DNA from: Octopus sinensis
Taxonomy: Eukaryota
Reading direction: 5' to 3'
NCBI RefSeq assembly: GCF_006345805.1
Contig: NC_043015.1
Location: forward strand, 26,102,001-26,166,000
DNA: 64,000 nucleotides
The stretch's first letter is position 1. Every line of letters starts with the position of its first letter. The notes beneath the pieces were generated by a model. It was given only the letters and a program-made list of their open reading frames with translations, did not search any database and had not been told where the DNA came from. Shown here piece by piece: positions 25,702-39,584 of this stretch. Made by a program: the position numbers and the translations under genes.

Positions 25702-26984
25702 GAGGGGCGTTCAATAAGTAATGCCCCTGACCCACTTCCTATAGCAGTAGAGCAACGAAACTTGGCATAGTTATTAGTCTTTTTCTACATAGGAACCACC
25801 CAGAGTTACGCATTTCTACCATCATTTGATGCAGCTCTGGAGACCGTTTTTGTAGAAGACTCCAGCTTGGTCCTCCAACCTGAACGTGACTTCATAAATC
25901 AAGGCTGCATCATCTGGGAAACGCTTTCCTTTCAAAAACAACTTCATGGCTGGGAAGAGGTGAAAATCAGAGGGTGCAAGGTCAGGAAAGTAGGGGAGAT
26001 AGGGGAGGAGTTCATAGCCATACGCCTGTGCTTCTGATCTGGCGACAAGCGAGTTGTGGACCGGAGCGTTGTCCTGCAGGAGGAGGATGCCTTTGCTGAT
26101 CTTGCCCCGTCTCTTGATTTTGATAACTTCTCTAATTTCCTCAAAAGTGAAGCATAATAGGCTCCTGTAATTGTGATACCCTTTGCCAGAAAATCTGTCA
26201 TCACTACTCCGTCCTGGTCCCAGAAGACTGTGAGCTTGACCTTGCCAGCGGAGGGCTGCACCCTTGCCTTCTTGGGAGGGGGTGAGTCACGGTGCTTCCA
26301 CTGAATTGACTGGGCTTTGGTCTCTGGATCATCGCGATGGACCCAGGTTTCATCCAGGTTTCAGTCTTTTGAAAAATTTTGACTCATCTTCTTGGCACAT
26401 CTCCAAATTCACCCTCGAGCACTCGACGCGTTCTTGCTTCTGGAAAGGCGTGAGCAACCTGGGAATCCATCTGGCAGACACCTTTTGCATATGCAAATGG
26501 TCATGAATGATAGTTTCCACAGACCCGGTACTAATCTTGACCTCATGGGCTATTTGGCGAATAATTATGCGTCGATCTTCCAAAATGGTAGCCTCAACTT
26601 GACGGACAGATGCCTCATCAATGGCAGAAGGGGGCGACCGGATCTGGGAGCTGTTTCCACAGAGTTCCGACCATGTTTGAATTCACGATGCCAGCGTTTT
26701 ACAAGGTCATATGATGGGGCATCATCACCATAAGTTACTTCATTTCATCAAAAGTCTCCGTGGTGTGCGTCCTTCAAATACAAAAACCGGATCACGCCTC
26801 GACACTCAACAGGCTCCATCTCACATTTGACTCGGTTCAAACACCTGTAAATCAGAAACCACAATTAGTTCAGAGCTGTAATTTGTCACTTAATCTATAG
26901 AGATATAAATGATTGCACATGCAATTTCAGCTAGATCAAACAACTGCAAATGGGTCAGAGGCATTACTTATTGAACGTCCCTCG
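25701..26984 (-). mobile_element. Full-length (1284 bp) mariner transposon, TA target in (TA)n
   Basis: TIRs CGAGGG(G/A)CGTTCAATAAGTAATGCC(C/T)CTGACCC at both ends, flanked by TA; transposase remnant inside. Confidence 0.95.
25774..26819 (-). pseudogene. Frameshifted mariner (DD34D-type) transposase
   Basis: MEPVECRGVIRFL.., KVSARWIPRLLT, DETWVH, TVFWD, LLQDNAPVH, PDLAPSDFHLFP; several frameshifts and stops. Confidence 0.93.
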
Positions 26985-26986
26985 TA

Positions 26987-27032
<46 letters not shown>

Positions 27033-27036
27033 TACA

Positions 27037-27103
<67 letters not shown>

Positions 27104-27149
27104 TATATATATATATACATACACGTGCGCACGCGCACACACAGTCACA

Positions 27150-27632
27150 TATGATGGCTTGAAGATGTTTTGCATGCAAAAACCATTTACCCAGATCAAT
27201 CTCGGAGCTCTACAAAATGTACCGTCTGGGAGTACTAAGAGAATACAAAATGTTGTGACAAAAGGCCACAACACCTGACCCAGGACAATACACTAGTCCA
27301 TAATTTCCTCCCTGTCGGCAATTACTTGACAGAGACGGGCATGAAAATTGTCCCTCACTTTCCCTACAGTCCCCAAGATCAATGAGAACCCCACGATGGT
27401 CGTTTTAAAGACTTTAAGGCACTTATAACTGTTCTACAAAAATAAATTAATGACACATTTGAGAAGATGTAGATTGTGAGAAGGGTTTAGGCCGATTTCA
27501 CGTAAGAGCAACAATAACTGCATTGAATTTAGAGAACCCTACTTTGAAGGAGATTAGAGTTTGGTACAACTTTGATATTAATAAATTTCTCTCCTCAGAA
27601 ATGTCTGAAACGTGTTCTGGAACGCACCTTTT
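27150..27632 (+). mobile_element. Highly degraded second mariner 3' remnant
   Basis: QDNTLVH....NYL...GMKIVPHFP resembles HQDNAP.H...P.PYSPD; ends in a TIR-like TTCTGGAACGCACCT followed by TA. Confidence 0.5.
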
Positions 27633-27663
27633 ATATACATACATACATACGTACATACATACA

Positions 27664-27697
<34 letters not shown>

Positions 27698-27753
27698 CAT
27701 ACATACATAAATATATACATAAATACACACACACACACACACACACACCACTA

Positions 27754-27796
<43 letters not shown>

Positions 27797-28319
27797 TTGT
27801 ATGTATGTATATATATATAGATATATGAGTTTCCGTGCGTGTATATATATATATCTTATATACGATACAAACACGCATACTGTCAGTCACATGAACCTAT
27901 ACATATTTACGTTTTGAGTGTAAATATACAGGCAAAGATATTGGCAAGTTTTTCCCGGCCAATGTCTTCTAAACTATTATTTTACCTGCCGTAGTTTACA
28001 GTTGTATTCTCTTCGAGATACACCATTATATCATTTCATACACAAGTGTGTAGATAGATAAGAAGGTGGGTGTGTAGGTAGATATGTATTAACCTGTATA
28101 TGTACAACTCAGAACATGATAACTTGAAGAAGACATAGAGTGTCACAACCATTAGGCTAGGATGGTGTTGTCCACAATACTTTAGGCAATATGGTGCACT
28201 GCGTGATGTGGGTCGCGTGTATATCAACATATCAAAATATATGTAAACATACCAATATTAATTCCATAAAAGCCACTATAATCACACTCACACGTGCACG
28301 CACAGAGATTAACACGGCG

Positions 28320-28368
<49 letters not shown>

Positions 28369-28639
28369 ATATATATATGCATATAGTAATATATATTCAA
28401 TAATAGATTTTATATATACATTGTTCTTTTGTTTTTTGTTTTTTGTTGTCCCTATATTCGTTCATTCTTTCTAACTTCATACCCGTTCTCATTCTCTCGG
28501 TCTTACCATTGTTTGTGCCATTCTTTTCCTTTTCCCTTTTCTATATTTCGTTTCTGTGTTTTATTACGTATGCTGGAATACTGGAGACACTTTACTACTT
28601 TATGTGAAGTGCTAATATGCAGAGTAACGAAAAGAAGAA

Positions 28640-28676
<37 letters not shown>

Positions 28677-28760
28677 CACATATATACATATATACACATA
28701 TATACATATATATATGTATATGTATGCATGAATGTATGTATATGTATGTATGAATGTGTA

Positions 28761-28791
<31 letters not shown>

Positions 28792-28990
28792 ATATATGTG
28801 TGTGTATATATATATATATATGTGGTGTGTGTGTATACATACATACATACACATAGAGATATATCAAATATATAGCATTATATAACAAGGACCACCGAAG
28901 ATATTATCTCAGCTACATGTATATGTATATATGTCTAAATATGTAGCTAGATAGATAGATAACTATTATATATATATATTATATAATATA

Positions 28991-29042
<52 letters not shown>

Positions 29043-29234
29043 GAGAGAGAGTGAGAAGAGAGAGGAGAGAGAGAGAGACGATAGTTATTGTTAGAACAGA
29101 GGATACTCACGACTAATATATATATGTATGAACACATAATTCAAAAGTATCAATGTGAAGAAGACAAGTATATATTAATATGCATTTTTAAACATTTTAT
29201 AAATAAGCACGTATACGCACACACACACACATTC

Positions 29235-29266
<32 letters not shown>

Positions 29267-29361
29267 TGATGCAGGTATGTATGTATGTATATGTATATAT
29301 ATATGTATATATATATATACATACATATAATGTTATATATATATATATATACATATAATGT

Positions 29362-29398
<37 letters not shown>

Positions 29399-29460
29399 CA
29401 TATAATGTTATTGTATAAGCTTTTAGAATATATTCACCGCCTTAAACTAATTTTGAGCTC

Positions 29461-29592
29461 TATATAATAGTTGGAGATTTCCTCTCTTCCAACAACCACA
29501 CACATATAAATATATATATATGCATATATATATAAATGCATTATATATATTATATGTGTGTGTGTGTTGTAGGAAGAGAGGAAATCTCCAAC

Positions 29593-29601
<9 letters not shown>
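29461..29601. repeat. Small hairpin: ~47-bp inverted arms with an AT-rich spacer
   Basis: TATATAATAGTTGGAGATTTCCTCTCTTCC at 29461 and its exact reverse complement ending 29601. Confidence 0.9.
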
Positions 29602-29637
<36 letters not shown>

Positions 29638-30168
29638 TATACAATTATATGTATATATATCCATGCATGACATATGTAGATAGATAATATACCTACAATG
29701 TGTTTTACACATACATAAATATTATATATATATATAAACACACGCTTACACACACATACACACAGACACACATGCACACATATCCTGAGACAGATAGATG
29801 CGTTGTAGATAGGTAGACGTAGATGTTCATGAGTATGTGAATATTGGTGTGTGCGTATGTGTTCTAAAGCAACACGGAAATGCTTTTAGCACCGAATTTT
29901 ACTGCGTACAAACAAAGACTGGAATAAAATTTTCGACATTTCCTTCGTTCAGCTTTTCTCCGAAACATCAACAGAGAAAACCAAGATAAGCGCAGAGTGG
30001 AAATCAACACATTCTTTATTTGTATTGTGCTTTATTCCTGCCATAATCAACACTACTACTATTGTTGTTGCTGTTTTTGTTATTATTATTATTATTATTA
30101 TCATTATTATTATTATTATTATTATTACAACTGTTTTTATCAAAAGTAGTAGTAGTAGTAGTAGTAGT

Positions 30169-30203
<35 letters not shown>

Positions 30204-30901
30204 TAGTAGTAGTGTAGTAGTAGTAGTAGTAGTAGTAGTAGTATTGATGGTGGTGGTAGTAGATGTGTCTATTTTAGTTGGTGTATTTTGTCTCGCGTTT
30301 CAAAGACAATATTTACAAGAATACAAAAATGTTGAACGCTGTTTCTAGCATTTCTGGAAAGCAAGAAAGAATAGGAAGAATACAAAATACTGACGTCGTA
30401 AATCACCTTTTTTTTATAGTCAACCAGGAAATTCAAATGTTTAAGATTTCTTGTGTTTTGTTTTGAATTTTAAAATTTTTAAGCGGCAGTAAAGTCTAGA
30501 GACCTGGTGTCGGAATATTGAAAAGAAGTATTTGACCTTATCATACACGCCATGTGGTCTGCTTGATCTATACATACAAATTTGACATGGTCGATTCTTT
30601 CTCGTCTTGAGATTCACGGTCAAACGGCTGGGTGTAATTGCGCGAAAAATTACACGGATGTGTAGAATGATTCGGTGGTGATGCTGGGCCTTGTATTTTT
30701 CATAGCTTCCATAGTTACCGAGATAATCTACTATAATAATACTCTTGTGTTTATGAATGAGAAAAGAAGGGGTGATAGATGAATAAGGAAGGAAGGGGCG
30801 AGCCTTTCAAGTGTGTGTGTATATATGCGTGTGTATGTAAAAGGGAGGTTATGTGAATGTGTGTGTGTATGTGCGCGTGTGTGTGTGTTTGTGCTTGTGT
30901 C

Positions 30902-31203
30902 TTAATTTATCGACCCCAAAAGGAGGAAAGGCAAAGTCGACCTCGGCAGAATTTGAACTCAGAACGTAAAGACAGACGAAATACTTATTTCTTTACTACC
31001 CACAAGGGAGGACAAACAAGAGAGGACAAACAAGGGCAGACAAACGGATTAAATCTATTATATCGACCCCAGTGCGTAACTGGTACTTATTTAATCGACC
31101 CCGAAAGGATGAAAGGCAAAGTCGACCTCGGCGGAATTTGAACTCAGAACGTAGCGGCAGACGAAATACCGCTAAGCATCCGCCCCCCTCCCCGGCGTGC
31201 TAA
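30902..31203 (-). mobile_element. Head-to-tail SINE pair (partial 30902-30984 plus near-full 30985-31203)
   Basis: Two copies of ATCGACCCC.AAAGGA.GAAAGGCAAAGTCGACCTCGGC.GAATTTGAACTCAGAACGTA. Confidence 0.9.
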
Positions 31204-32072
31204 TTTTAGTGGATACAATATTAGGCTAATAAAAGTCTCGACTCCAAAACAATTTTAATAACCTCCCTTTTGTTATGCACGTATTGTCATTTACGCTCTG
31301 AGTTCAATACCAGTCCAGAACAACTTTGGTTATTTTCCTGTCGAGATCGATAAAATAAGATACCCGTAGCATATTGAAGATGAGGTTATCGACTAGTTTT
31401 TCGTCCTGCAAAATTACTGTACCAGAAGCCATTGTTATAAATTTTTGTTCACGTTTACGAATGTTAAATGTGTATTCTACTATTAATATCAGCTTCAAAT
31501 TTTGGCACACGGCCAGCAATTTCGGAGAGGAGGGGGGTTAATCGATTAGATCAACCCCAGTACAGATCTGGTATTTATTTCAATAAACATATTCAAGGTG
31601 TGTTTTGCATAATGAACTGTCGGAAATCTCCTTCTTTTTACTCAGTTGAGCATTTCTCGCTTCTTAACACACACACATACACGCACACACACACACACAC
31701 ACTCACACGCACACACTCTCTCCTCACACACTCACACACATACACTCACACAAACACACACAAATACACACAATTTCATACATTTTTATATTTTAGGCTA
31801 CTTTTCACTTTTCCTCTCGTTACTCCAACGATTCACAGGATGATACAATAGATATCGTTCGTGACGAATTCATTTATGAGCTAAGACATAAATTGATACA
31901 CACACACATACATATTTACATAAATACACATACATGTTTATATATGTATAAGTATATAGATATGTATATATATGCGTTATAAGCGTTTATGTGTTTATAA
32001 CTATATGCACATATGTATGTATTTATGAATATGTATGTATGCATGCATTAACATATATATGTAAATATATAA

Positions 32073-32114
<42 letters not shown>

Positions 32115-32144
32115 ATATAAATATGGCTGTCTGTATGTATATAA

Positions 32145-32224
<80 letters not shown>

Positions 32225-32525
32225 AGTATATGTATATTGGCGCTTTGCTTCTTTCATGGTGAATGTATATTTTGTTATCATTAACGTTCTCGAGATATCT
32301 GCCAGTATAAGAGTCGAATACAAAACAGGTCAGGTGATGTGTTGGGTTTTTATTTCTTTCTCCATAACGTCGTTTTATATTTAGTATGTATTTTGTGTAT
32401 TAGATTTGATTTTCAAATAAACTGATGATACTGATTGAAAGAGATCTTGCGTGATTACTTCCTCTGCTTCAAATTACGCTATGTCAATCTGATACATTTG
32501 ATAATTCATGAAACGAAAATATTTA

Positions 32526-33140
32526 TACACCGGCCTGGCGAAATAGATTTCCATTTCTAGTTTTCGCCATCGGAAATCGTATCATTGTTAACTCCTCAGC
32601 AGTGACAGTCGACTAAGTTATTTCCAGAAATATTTCACAAATTAATAAATGAATGTTATCGTTAATGCGCATTGTATATGCGAGCGTATTAGATATACAC
32701 AGACATGCAGGAAGTAAATAGACACCTTTAATTTTCAAAATTTCTGATCTAAGCGTCTTAACATGTTTTCAGCGGTGTAGAATTTACAATGCAATTATTC
32801 TTTTTCATTCCAGATGCCATTATATTAAACATTTTCGAAGAGTAACCATGCCGCGCACAAAAATTCGGCACAACTGTCAGATTTTCAAAGAGAACTTAGC
32901 CAGCGAAACATTGCCGAAAATCTTCAAATTCGTCTTGCTCCTGTTAATAGAATTATAGTGCAATTCAAAAGCCAAGGAAAAAAAATCAACAGAATCTCGT
33001 CCCGACCGACGTGGGCCCTCGGAAAGGAAGCTTCGCTGTTTGAAAAGAATTGTGAAAAACGAACCCCGTTCGAAGGCTTCTGACATTGCAAAACAGCTAG
33101 AAGTTAGTCCAAGAATGTGTGTTACATATCTGCATAAGCT
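32526..33140 (+). mobile_element. Tc1-like transposon 5' fragment (DNA-binding domain)
   Basis: From ATG 32850 across a frameshift: MPRTK..QLSDFQR..LSQRNIAENLQI...VNRIIVQFK..G....R..R.GPSERKLRCLKRIVKNEP.SKASDIAKQL (paired-like HTH plus GRP-like motif). Confidence 0.65.
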
Positions 33141-33154
33141 TATATATGTATATA

Positions 33155-33283
33155 TGGTGATCGTATGCTCCTTGTGCAGCGTCTCACCACCTCTTTTACT
33201 TATACCTTAGATCTATCATGACGTCTGAGGTGGCTTTTGAAACCAGATAATGTATTGAAAAGACACCCACATAGATTGCATAT
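33155..33283 (-). mobile_element. RTE-type LINE extreme 3' end with single C2H2 motif
   Basis: CNLCGCLFNTLSGFKSHLRRH parallels CNVCSRVCLSRAGLISHQR in the RTE tail at 34604-35168; short 3' UTR running into TA repeat. Confidence 0.55.
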
Positions 33284-34529
33284 CTGATACGATACGCATA
33301 TACATATATGCACATACATATATACATATATGTGCGTACACACGCGCGCACACACACACACATGCAATTGATATTTGGCAGGGGTAGCATAGTGAGTCAA
33401 GCCCCGAGTGATTTGTACGTTGGCATGTATATATATTTATACATACTGGTGAGGATGTATACGTTCATATGTGTCAAATAGAATGTTTTGTCAAGTTTTT
33501 CTCGTTCTTTGTGGTCTGAGTTTAGGCGCTTCCTGGGTCAACTTCATTTTTAACTCTTTCGAGGTCGATAAATAAAATACCTATCGAGGAAGGTGTTTTG
33601 CCGGAATTTTAGAAAGCCATACGGGTTTATGTAGAGTCTTCTGTTTTTATTGTGTGCTTCTGGTTTCAAATTTCGCTTCCGTGATATGTCTACGTATATA
33701 TTACATTCGTAAACCTGTGGCTTAAATGTTGTTGGCTGCAGTTTCATGCCAATAAAGCATTAGGCGTTTTGCGAGATGAAATCTAGAATTCCTGTATGAG
33801 TAGCTGCAGACTTGATTTGAATTCGTAATGAATTGTTTTAACCGACAGAGAACTTTTTGGAAGCGTTGCTCAACCGAGGTCGATATACAGAATGTTTGCG
33901 AAGCCCCTTATCTATGTAACCGATTCAAATTGTAGGCTATCCTAACGGTTATATGATACATACAGTCAACCATTTCGCAATTTTCCTGTGTGTCTTCTTT
34001 GATAGATAGTGTGAATGCTTTCTCATTTACAACAAAAAGAATTCAATGCACCCCAGTCTCCTGAAATCGAAATCACTGTAATGGGGGTTGTACGAGGCAA
34101 GACTAAAGCAACACCGTCGTTAATCTTTGATTCATTTCACAATCTTAATGGATCCATTGTGCTTATCAATATTTCATAAAGGATTATTAAATGCATTAAA
34201 ATAAGTTTAGGTAAACCGCCAACATCAAATCTCGTTGTCGAGGAAGCTGCCGCTAACAAGACATTGGATGTAGTAACTGCGACAAATATTATCAAGTCAA
34301 TAAGACTGAGATGAAAATAGTCCATCAAGATGTAGTAATTGCTTTCTTGTAGAGAATCCACGGGGGACACCGGCAGTAGTTTTAGTCTTTATAAGGGACA
34401 TCTGTGGCCGTAGTTGAAGGTCGGGTTTTGGACTTTGAAGATATTTCATATGGTCGAACTTCGTCCAATTCCTTCTCAAAATGATAACGGTTGCCACTGT
34501 CAAATGACTGAAGCAAAGAAAAGAATAAA

Positions 34530-34603
<74 letters not shown>

Positions 34604-34605
<2 letters not shown>

Positions 34606-35168
34606 TCTCAATGTTGGCTGGACCTCAAAAATTCCAGACACACAGATCCTGAGGACAGCTGATATCTTGAGTATTGAGGCGATGGTACACAAGCACCGGT
34701 TGCGTTGGACTGGACCCTTATTAGAATGGAGGATAGAAGGATTCCTAAGCAGATGCTCTATGGAGAACTTGTGAATGGAAGGAGACTCCGGCAGAAACCA
34801 AGGCTGCGATTTAAGGACTGTGTCAAGTCCTCGTTAAAGGCCTTTGATATGCAGGACACTGACTGGGAGAACAATGCCTGTCATCGCCACAGATGGAGGA
34901 AGCAGATTAAGGAGGGGATCGACACTTTTGAGAGAGCACGTATCCAGCATGAAGAACTTAAGCGAGCTGCGCGAAAGCGCACGGCTCGTATAGTGAATGG
35001 GGAAAGCTTGGTCTGCAATGTTTGCAGTCGTGTATGCTTGTCAAGAGCAGGGCTCATTAGCCACCAACGGAGCCGCAAATGCAAAATATAAGTTAGTCCT
35101 AGAGCGCACAATGTTCCTGAAGGTCGGCAATGGTCTTCCTCGGTCACGAGTGGACGGCCATCATCATA
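34604..35168 (+). mobile_element. 5'-truncated RTE (BovB-like) LINE 3' end
   Basis: HRLRW.G..IRMED.RIPKQMLYGEL..G.R...KPRLRFKD.VK, C-terminal C2H2, CATCAT tail; (TA)n on both sides. Confidence 0.9.
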
Positions 35169-35302
35169 TATATATATATATATATACATACATACAACCA
35201 TATATATATAATATCTACATTTGTCTATCTCTCTATCATTCTATATTTGTATGTATATACATATTTGTATATACATATTCTATATTTGTATGTATTTATA
35301 AC

Positions 35303-35334
<32 letters not shown>

Positions 35335-35370
35335 AAGGTGTAATTATGTATATATGTATATAAATATATT

Positions 35371-35455
<85 letters not shown>

Positions 35456-35456
<1 letters not shown>

Positions 35457-35640
35457 AGGCTTAGTGGTTAGGTTGTTGATCGTAAGATTGTGGTTTCGAA
35501 TTCTGGAGCAAGCGATGCGTTGTGTTCTTGAGCAAAACACTTCATTTCACGTCCACTCGACTGTTAAAAATGAGTAATCCTCTCACTGATCGTTGTTCCG
35601 TCCATCAAGATCAGTATATACGCCAGAAACCGGGTAATTG
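35456..35640 (+). mobile_element. Degenerate CORE-like SINE
   Basis: CTTAGTGGTTAGG, GTTTCGAATTCT, TTGTGTTCTTGAGCAAAACACTT as in 22586-22866. Confidence 0.7.
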
Positions 35641-36815
35641 GCCCTTATGTTCTTTACCGAGTAATGTGGTGTAAAACGTTATTATCTTAAATATCTTAAA
35701 ATTTCTTAAATTTCTTATCTCTAAATAAATAGAATAATTTCTGTGCACATTCTCACCAAAGGATCGTTGCCAAATAAATAGACTGCATCGATACTTAAAC
35801 TTACAACAAAATAGGAACAAAGAAAATATGTAATTAATTGATAAAATAAACAACGAGAAAGCAACAAAAACTCACTGCAAGATTTATCTGAACACAATTA
35901 GAAATTATACAATAAGTTTTAAAATAAATACAATTTCTATTTCTATAAATTGGAACATCATTCTTCGGTCCTTGTGACCAATAAAAGAAATCATCTGTTA
36001 GTGATGTTGTTGTTGTTGGTGTAGTTTCTGTTATTTGTATCGTTTTATCGTATTTTAGTATGTATCATTATTACGACTATTGATGGTGTTTTTGGTTTCT
36101 GCTATAGAAGCTGTTACTTCCATACGGAGAGATAGACCGGTGGCCTCACGGAGGTAGATTCTATCGTTTTCCGTTGTATTGGAAACAAGAACAAGCGCAG
36201 CAGTAATTTGGTAGTGGCACGAGTGACAACAAAGAGGGGGATAAGAAATGAAGAAGAACAACAACAAAAACAATATGATAATGATGATTAGAAAGGTAAA
36301 TGTGCTTATCTTACGACTGTATCATACACACATACTTACAGGCTACTTACAGATGTGTTTGTGTGTGTGTGTGTGTATAATATATATAGGCATATACACA
36401 TATGTACACATACACACTCATATATATACATACACAGGGATTTATATAAATGAGTATGTGTGTACCTATATACAAATATGTGTGTATGTTTTCATGTGTG
36501 TGTGTGAGAGAGAGACAGACAGACAGACAGAGACAGAGAGAGAATATAAGCCGTCAATCGATACTTGTCTTTGAACTACTTTCCGATGCTGATCAAGACG
36601 ATCTGAGAATCGTTTTATCTTCAAATTAGAGACAGAAACGATTGATACTTATTCAACCAAGTGTGGGTGCAAACAGACATAAATATACGTCTTGTACGGA
36701 AATACATACATACACACACACTCACACACATATATATGCACGCCTCTATGCATATATATATATATAAATATATGCATATATGTCCATATATATCTACACA
36801 TATATATATGTATAT

Positions 36816-37053
36816 TCTCTTTTACTCTTTACTCTTTTACTTGTTTCAGTCATTTGACTGCGGCCATGCTGGAGCACCGCCTTTATTCGAGCAAATCGAC
36901 CCCGGAACTTATTCTTTGTAATCCCAGTACTTATTCTATCAGTCCCTTTTGCCGAACCGCTAAGTGACGGGGACGTAAACACACCAGCATCGGTTGTCAA
37001 GCAATGCTAGGGAGACAAACACAGACACACAAACACACACACATACATATATA

Positions 37054-37093
<40 letters not shown>

Positions 37094-37337
37094 ATATATA
37101 TATATATATATATAATATATATATATTATATATATATATATTATATATATATATATATATATATGCATATATACGACAGGTTTCTTTCAGTTTCCGTCTA
37201 CCAAATCCACTCACAAGGCATTGGTCGGCCCGGGGCTATAGCAGAAGACACTTGCCCAAGATGCTACGCAGTGGGACTGAACCCGGAACCATGTGGTTGT
37301 TTAGCAAGCTACTTACCACACAGCCACACCTGCGCCT
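36816..37337 (-). mobile_element. Full-length tRNA-derived SINE with an internal (CA)/(TA) microsatellite
   Basis: Head at 37337 (TGGCTGTGTGGTAAG, GGTTCAGTCCC, CTTGGGCAAGTGTCTT), microsatellite ~37030-37170, tail nearly identical to 57925-58128. Confidence 0.9.
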
Positions 37338-37518
37338 ATATATATATATACATTATATATACATATATATATAAATATATATATACATACATATATATAT
37401 ATACATATATATATGCATTATATATATGTATATGTGTTTGTGTATATATACATACGTAAATATAGAACGATGAAAATGAATACTCAACAACGCATTTGTT
37501 GTTATATATATGTATATA

Positions 37519-37574
<56 letters not shown>

Positions 37575-37739
37575 GCATATGCATATGCAAATATATGTTG
37601 GTATACATGCATGTATACATATATAACCCATTTAATATCAATATTTCACTCCTGATGAGTTTCGACTCTTGGACTGGTCGACTTGTTCTATTCCTGTATA
37701 AAGCTCACCAATTCCACACTACTTCTCTCAGCTCATCAA

Positions 37740-39315
37740 GAAATAGGCACCAGTGATGACCGAAAGTGGATCTCACTCTGAAAGGCACTGACGTTCATTT
37801 ATGGATTGGCGTTGTTTTACAAGAAGCATAAATATGATTCGTAAGTATTTAGATATCATCCACTGTATGAGCGACTAAGTCACAGTCATCTGCATAAAGG
37901 AGGTCACGAATAAGAGACTGGAAAACTTTTGAATTGGCAGCAAATCGCCTCGGGTTAAAAAGACGGCCAGAAGATCGATACCTAACATATATCCCAGTGG
38001 AACTGTCCAGAACAAAAATATGAGTAAGAATAGAAGTAAAGTACACAGAGAAGAGAGTTGGGACAAGGATTTCACCCTGCTTGACACCATTCTCTACAGG
38101 AATGGGTCCTAACATGTCACCACCAACACTGACCCAAGCCTATATCCTATCATGAAATGATTTGATTATAGATACAAAGTTATCTGAACATCAAAGTTTG
38201 CAAGTATTTTCCACCGGAAGGCCCTATACACAGTATCAAAGGCTTTGCTTAAATCAATGAATACCTGGACAAGATCCATATTCTGCTCGTAGCATTTCTC
38301 TTGTAAAAATCATATCCATCGTTCCCCTTCCAGATCACCACCAAATCGTAGCACCTCAGCACAAATTCCATCCTTACGTGCCCCTTACAAAGATTCAATT
38401 TTCTTAATGCTGTCCTTACCTCATTTTATTGAGGGCGTAGAATTTAAGGAGCTAATGACAGGTCTTTGTTGCATAATGCTAATCACTGTTTCGTCCACAA
38501 ATGGCTCACAGAGTTCAGCAAAATGTTCAATCCAGCGACCTGTGATCTCTGTTCGTTTAGTAAATGCTTGGAAAGCAAAAGAACTGATGCAGAGCTCTTA
38601 GGCCCGTAAACTTCCTTCGTAAGATGGTAAGTTTCTTGCTGACATTTGCATCAGCAGTAGCCTGAACATGTCGAGCAAGATCCTCCCACCAGGTATTCTG
38701 CATCTTCCTGAGAGATTGCTGTAGTAGTGATTTTACACTGCTGTAGCGGGCAACTGCTAGATTTCGCTACATACCTGAAAGTCCTCTGTGCAAGTAATAC
38801 ACTGCGAGCATGGAGCTTTACGACCAGAAGTCGCTGAACTTCAGCATCATTTTCATCACATCAGTCTCTGTGTCTGGCGGTAGCATATCCCAGTGTTTCA
38901 GAAGCACATTGAAGAAACCTGGTCTCGAAAACCTTCCCATGCTGTAGTATTTCCAATGCTGTATAAACGATTCTGAAGCTCTTTCCTCACCACAGCGTCA
39001 TATATCTTATGAATATTCAGACGCCGCGGAATGCTTGCTGACCTTTTTCTTTCATTCTGATCATCACCCGGAACTTTGCTCGCACCAGTCTCTGGTTCGT
39101 CCAGCAGCCCTAATCATGAATGGACTTGACATTACAAATGTCATTGATGTTACGCTTACGAATGATGGCATACTCCAGCAAATACTAAACTATAAACCTT
39201 GGGTGCATCCACGTTATCGTGCGATCACGTCTGTACATAAAATGAGTGCTTGCGATGTAACGTCCGTATACTTCACAAAGCCCCAGAAGCATGAGACCAA
39301 CTTCTAAAGGCAAAT
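37740..39315 (-). mobile_element. Decayed RTE (BovB-like) LINE: APE endonuclease end to RT
   Basis: LLGLC....IASTHF..RTITWMHPR, FIDLSKAFDTV, GVKQG.ILVPTLF, GRLFNPRR, LIRDLLYADDCDL; stops and deletions. Confidence 0.9.
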
Positions 39316-39317
39316 TT

Positions 39318-39580
39318 ATACATACATACATACATACATACATACATACATACATACATACATACATACGTACATACATACATACATTCATACATACATA
39401 CACACATTCATGCATACATACACACATACATACATATATACATGCATACATTCATACATACATACATGCATGCATTCATACATACATACATACATTCATA
39501 CATAAATACACACATACATACATACATACATACATACATACATACATACATACATACATACATACATACATACATACGTA
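39318..39580. repeat. (TACA)n microsatellite
   Basis: Visible run. Confidence 0.97.
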
Positions 39581-39584
39581 CATA

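Noticed and set aside
30550-30730. Minus-strand open frame MEAMKIQGPASPP...ESTMSN ending at a GTATGT donor
   Set aside because: No recognisable homology and no compatible downstream exon found; cannot be distinguished from chance
33196-33400. C2H2 zinc-finger gene (a family expanded in cephalopods)
   Set aside because: Single finger with no TGEKP linker; parallels the RTE C-terminal finger at 35010-35075
37650-37690. CTGATGAG as a hammerhead core
   Set aside because: No downstream stem II and GAAA on the same strand
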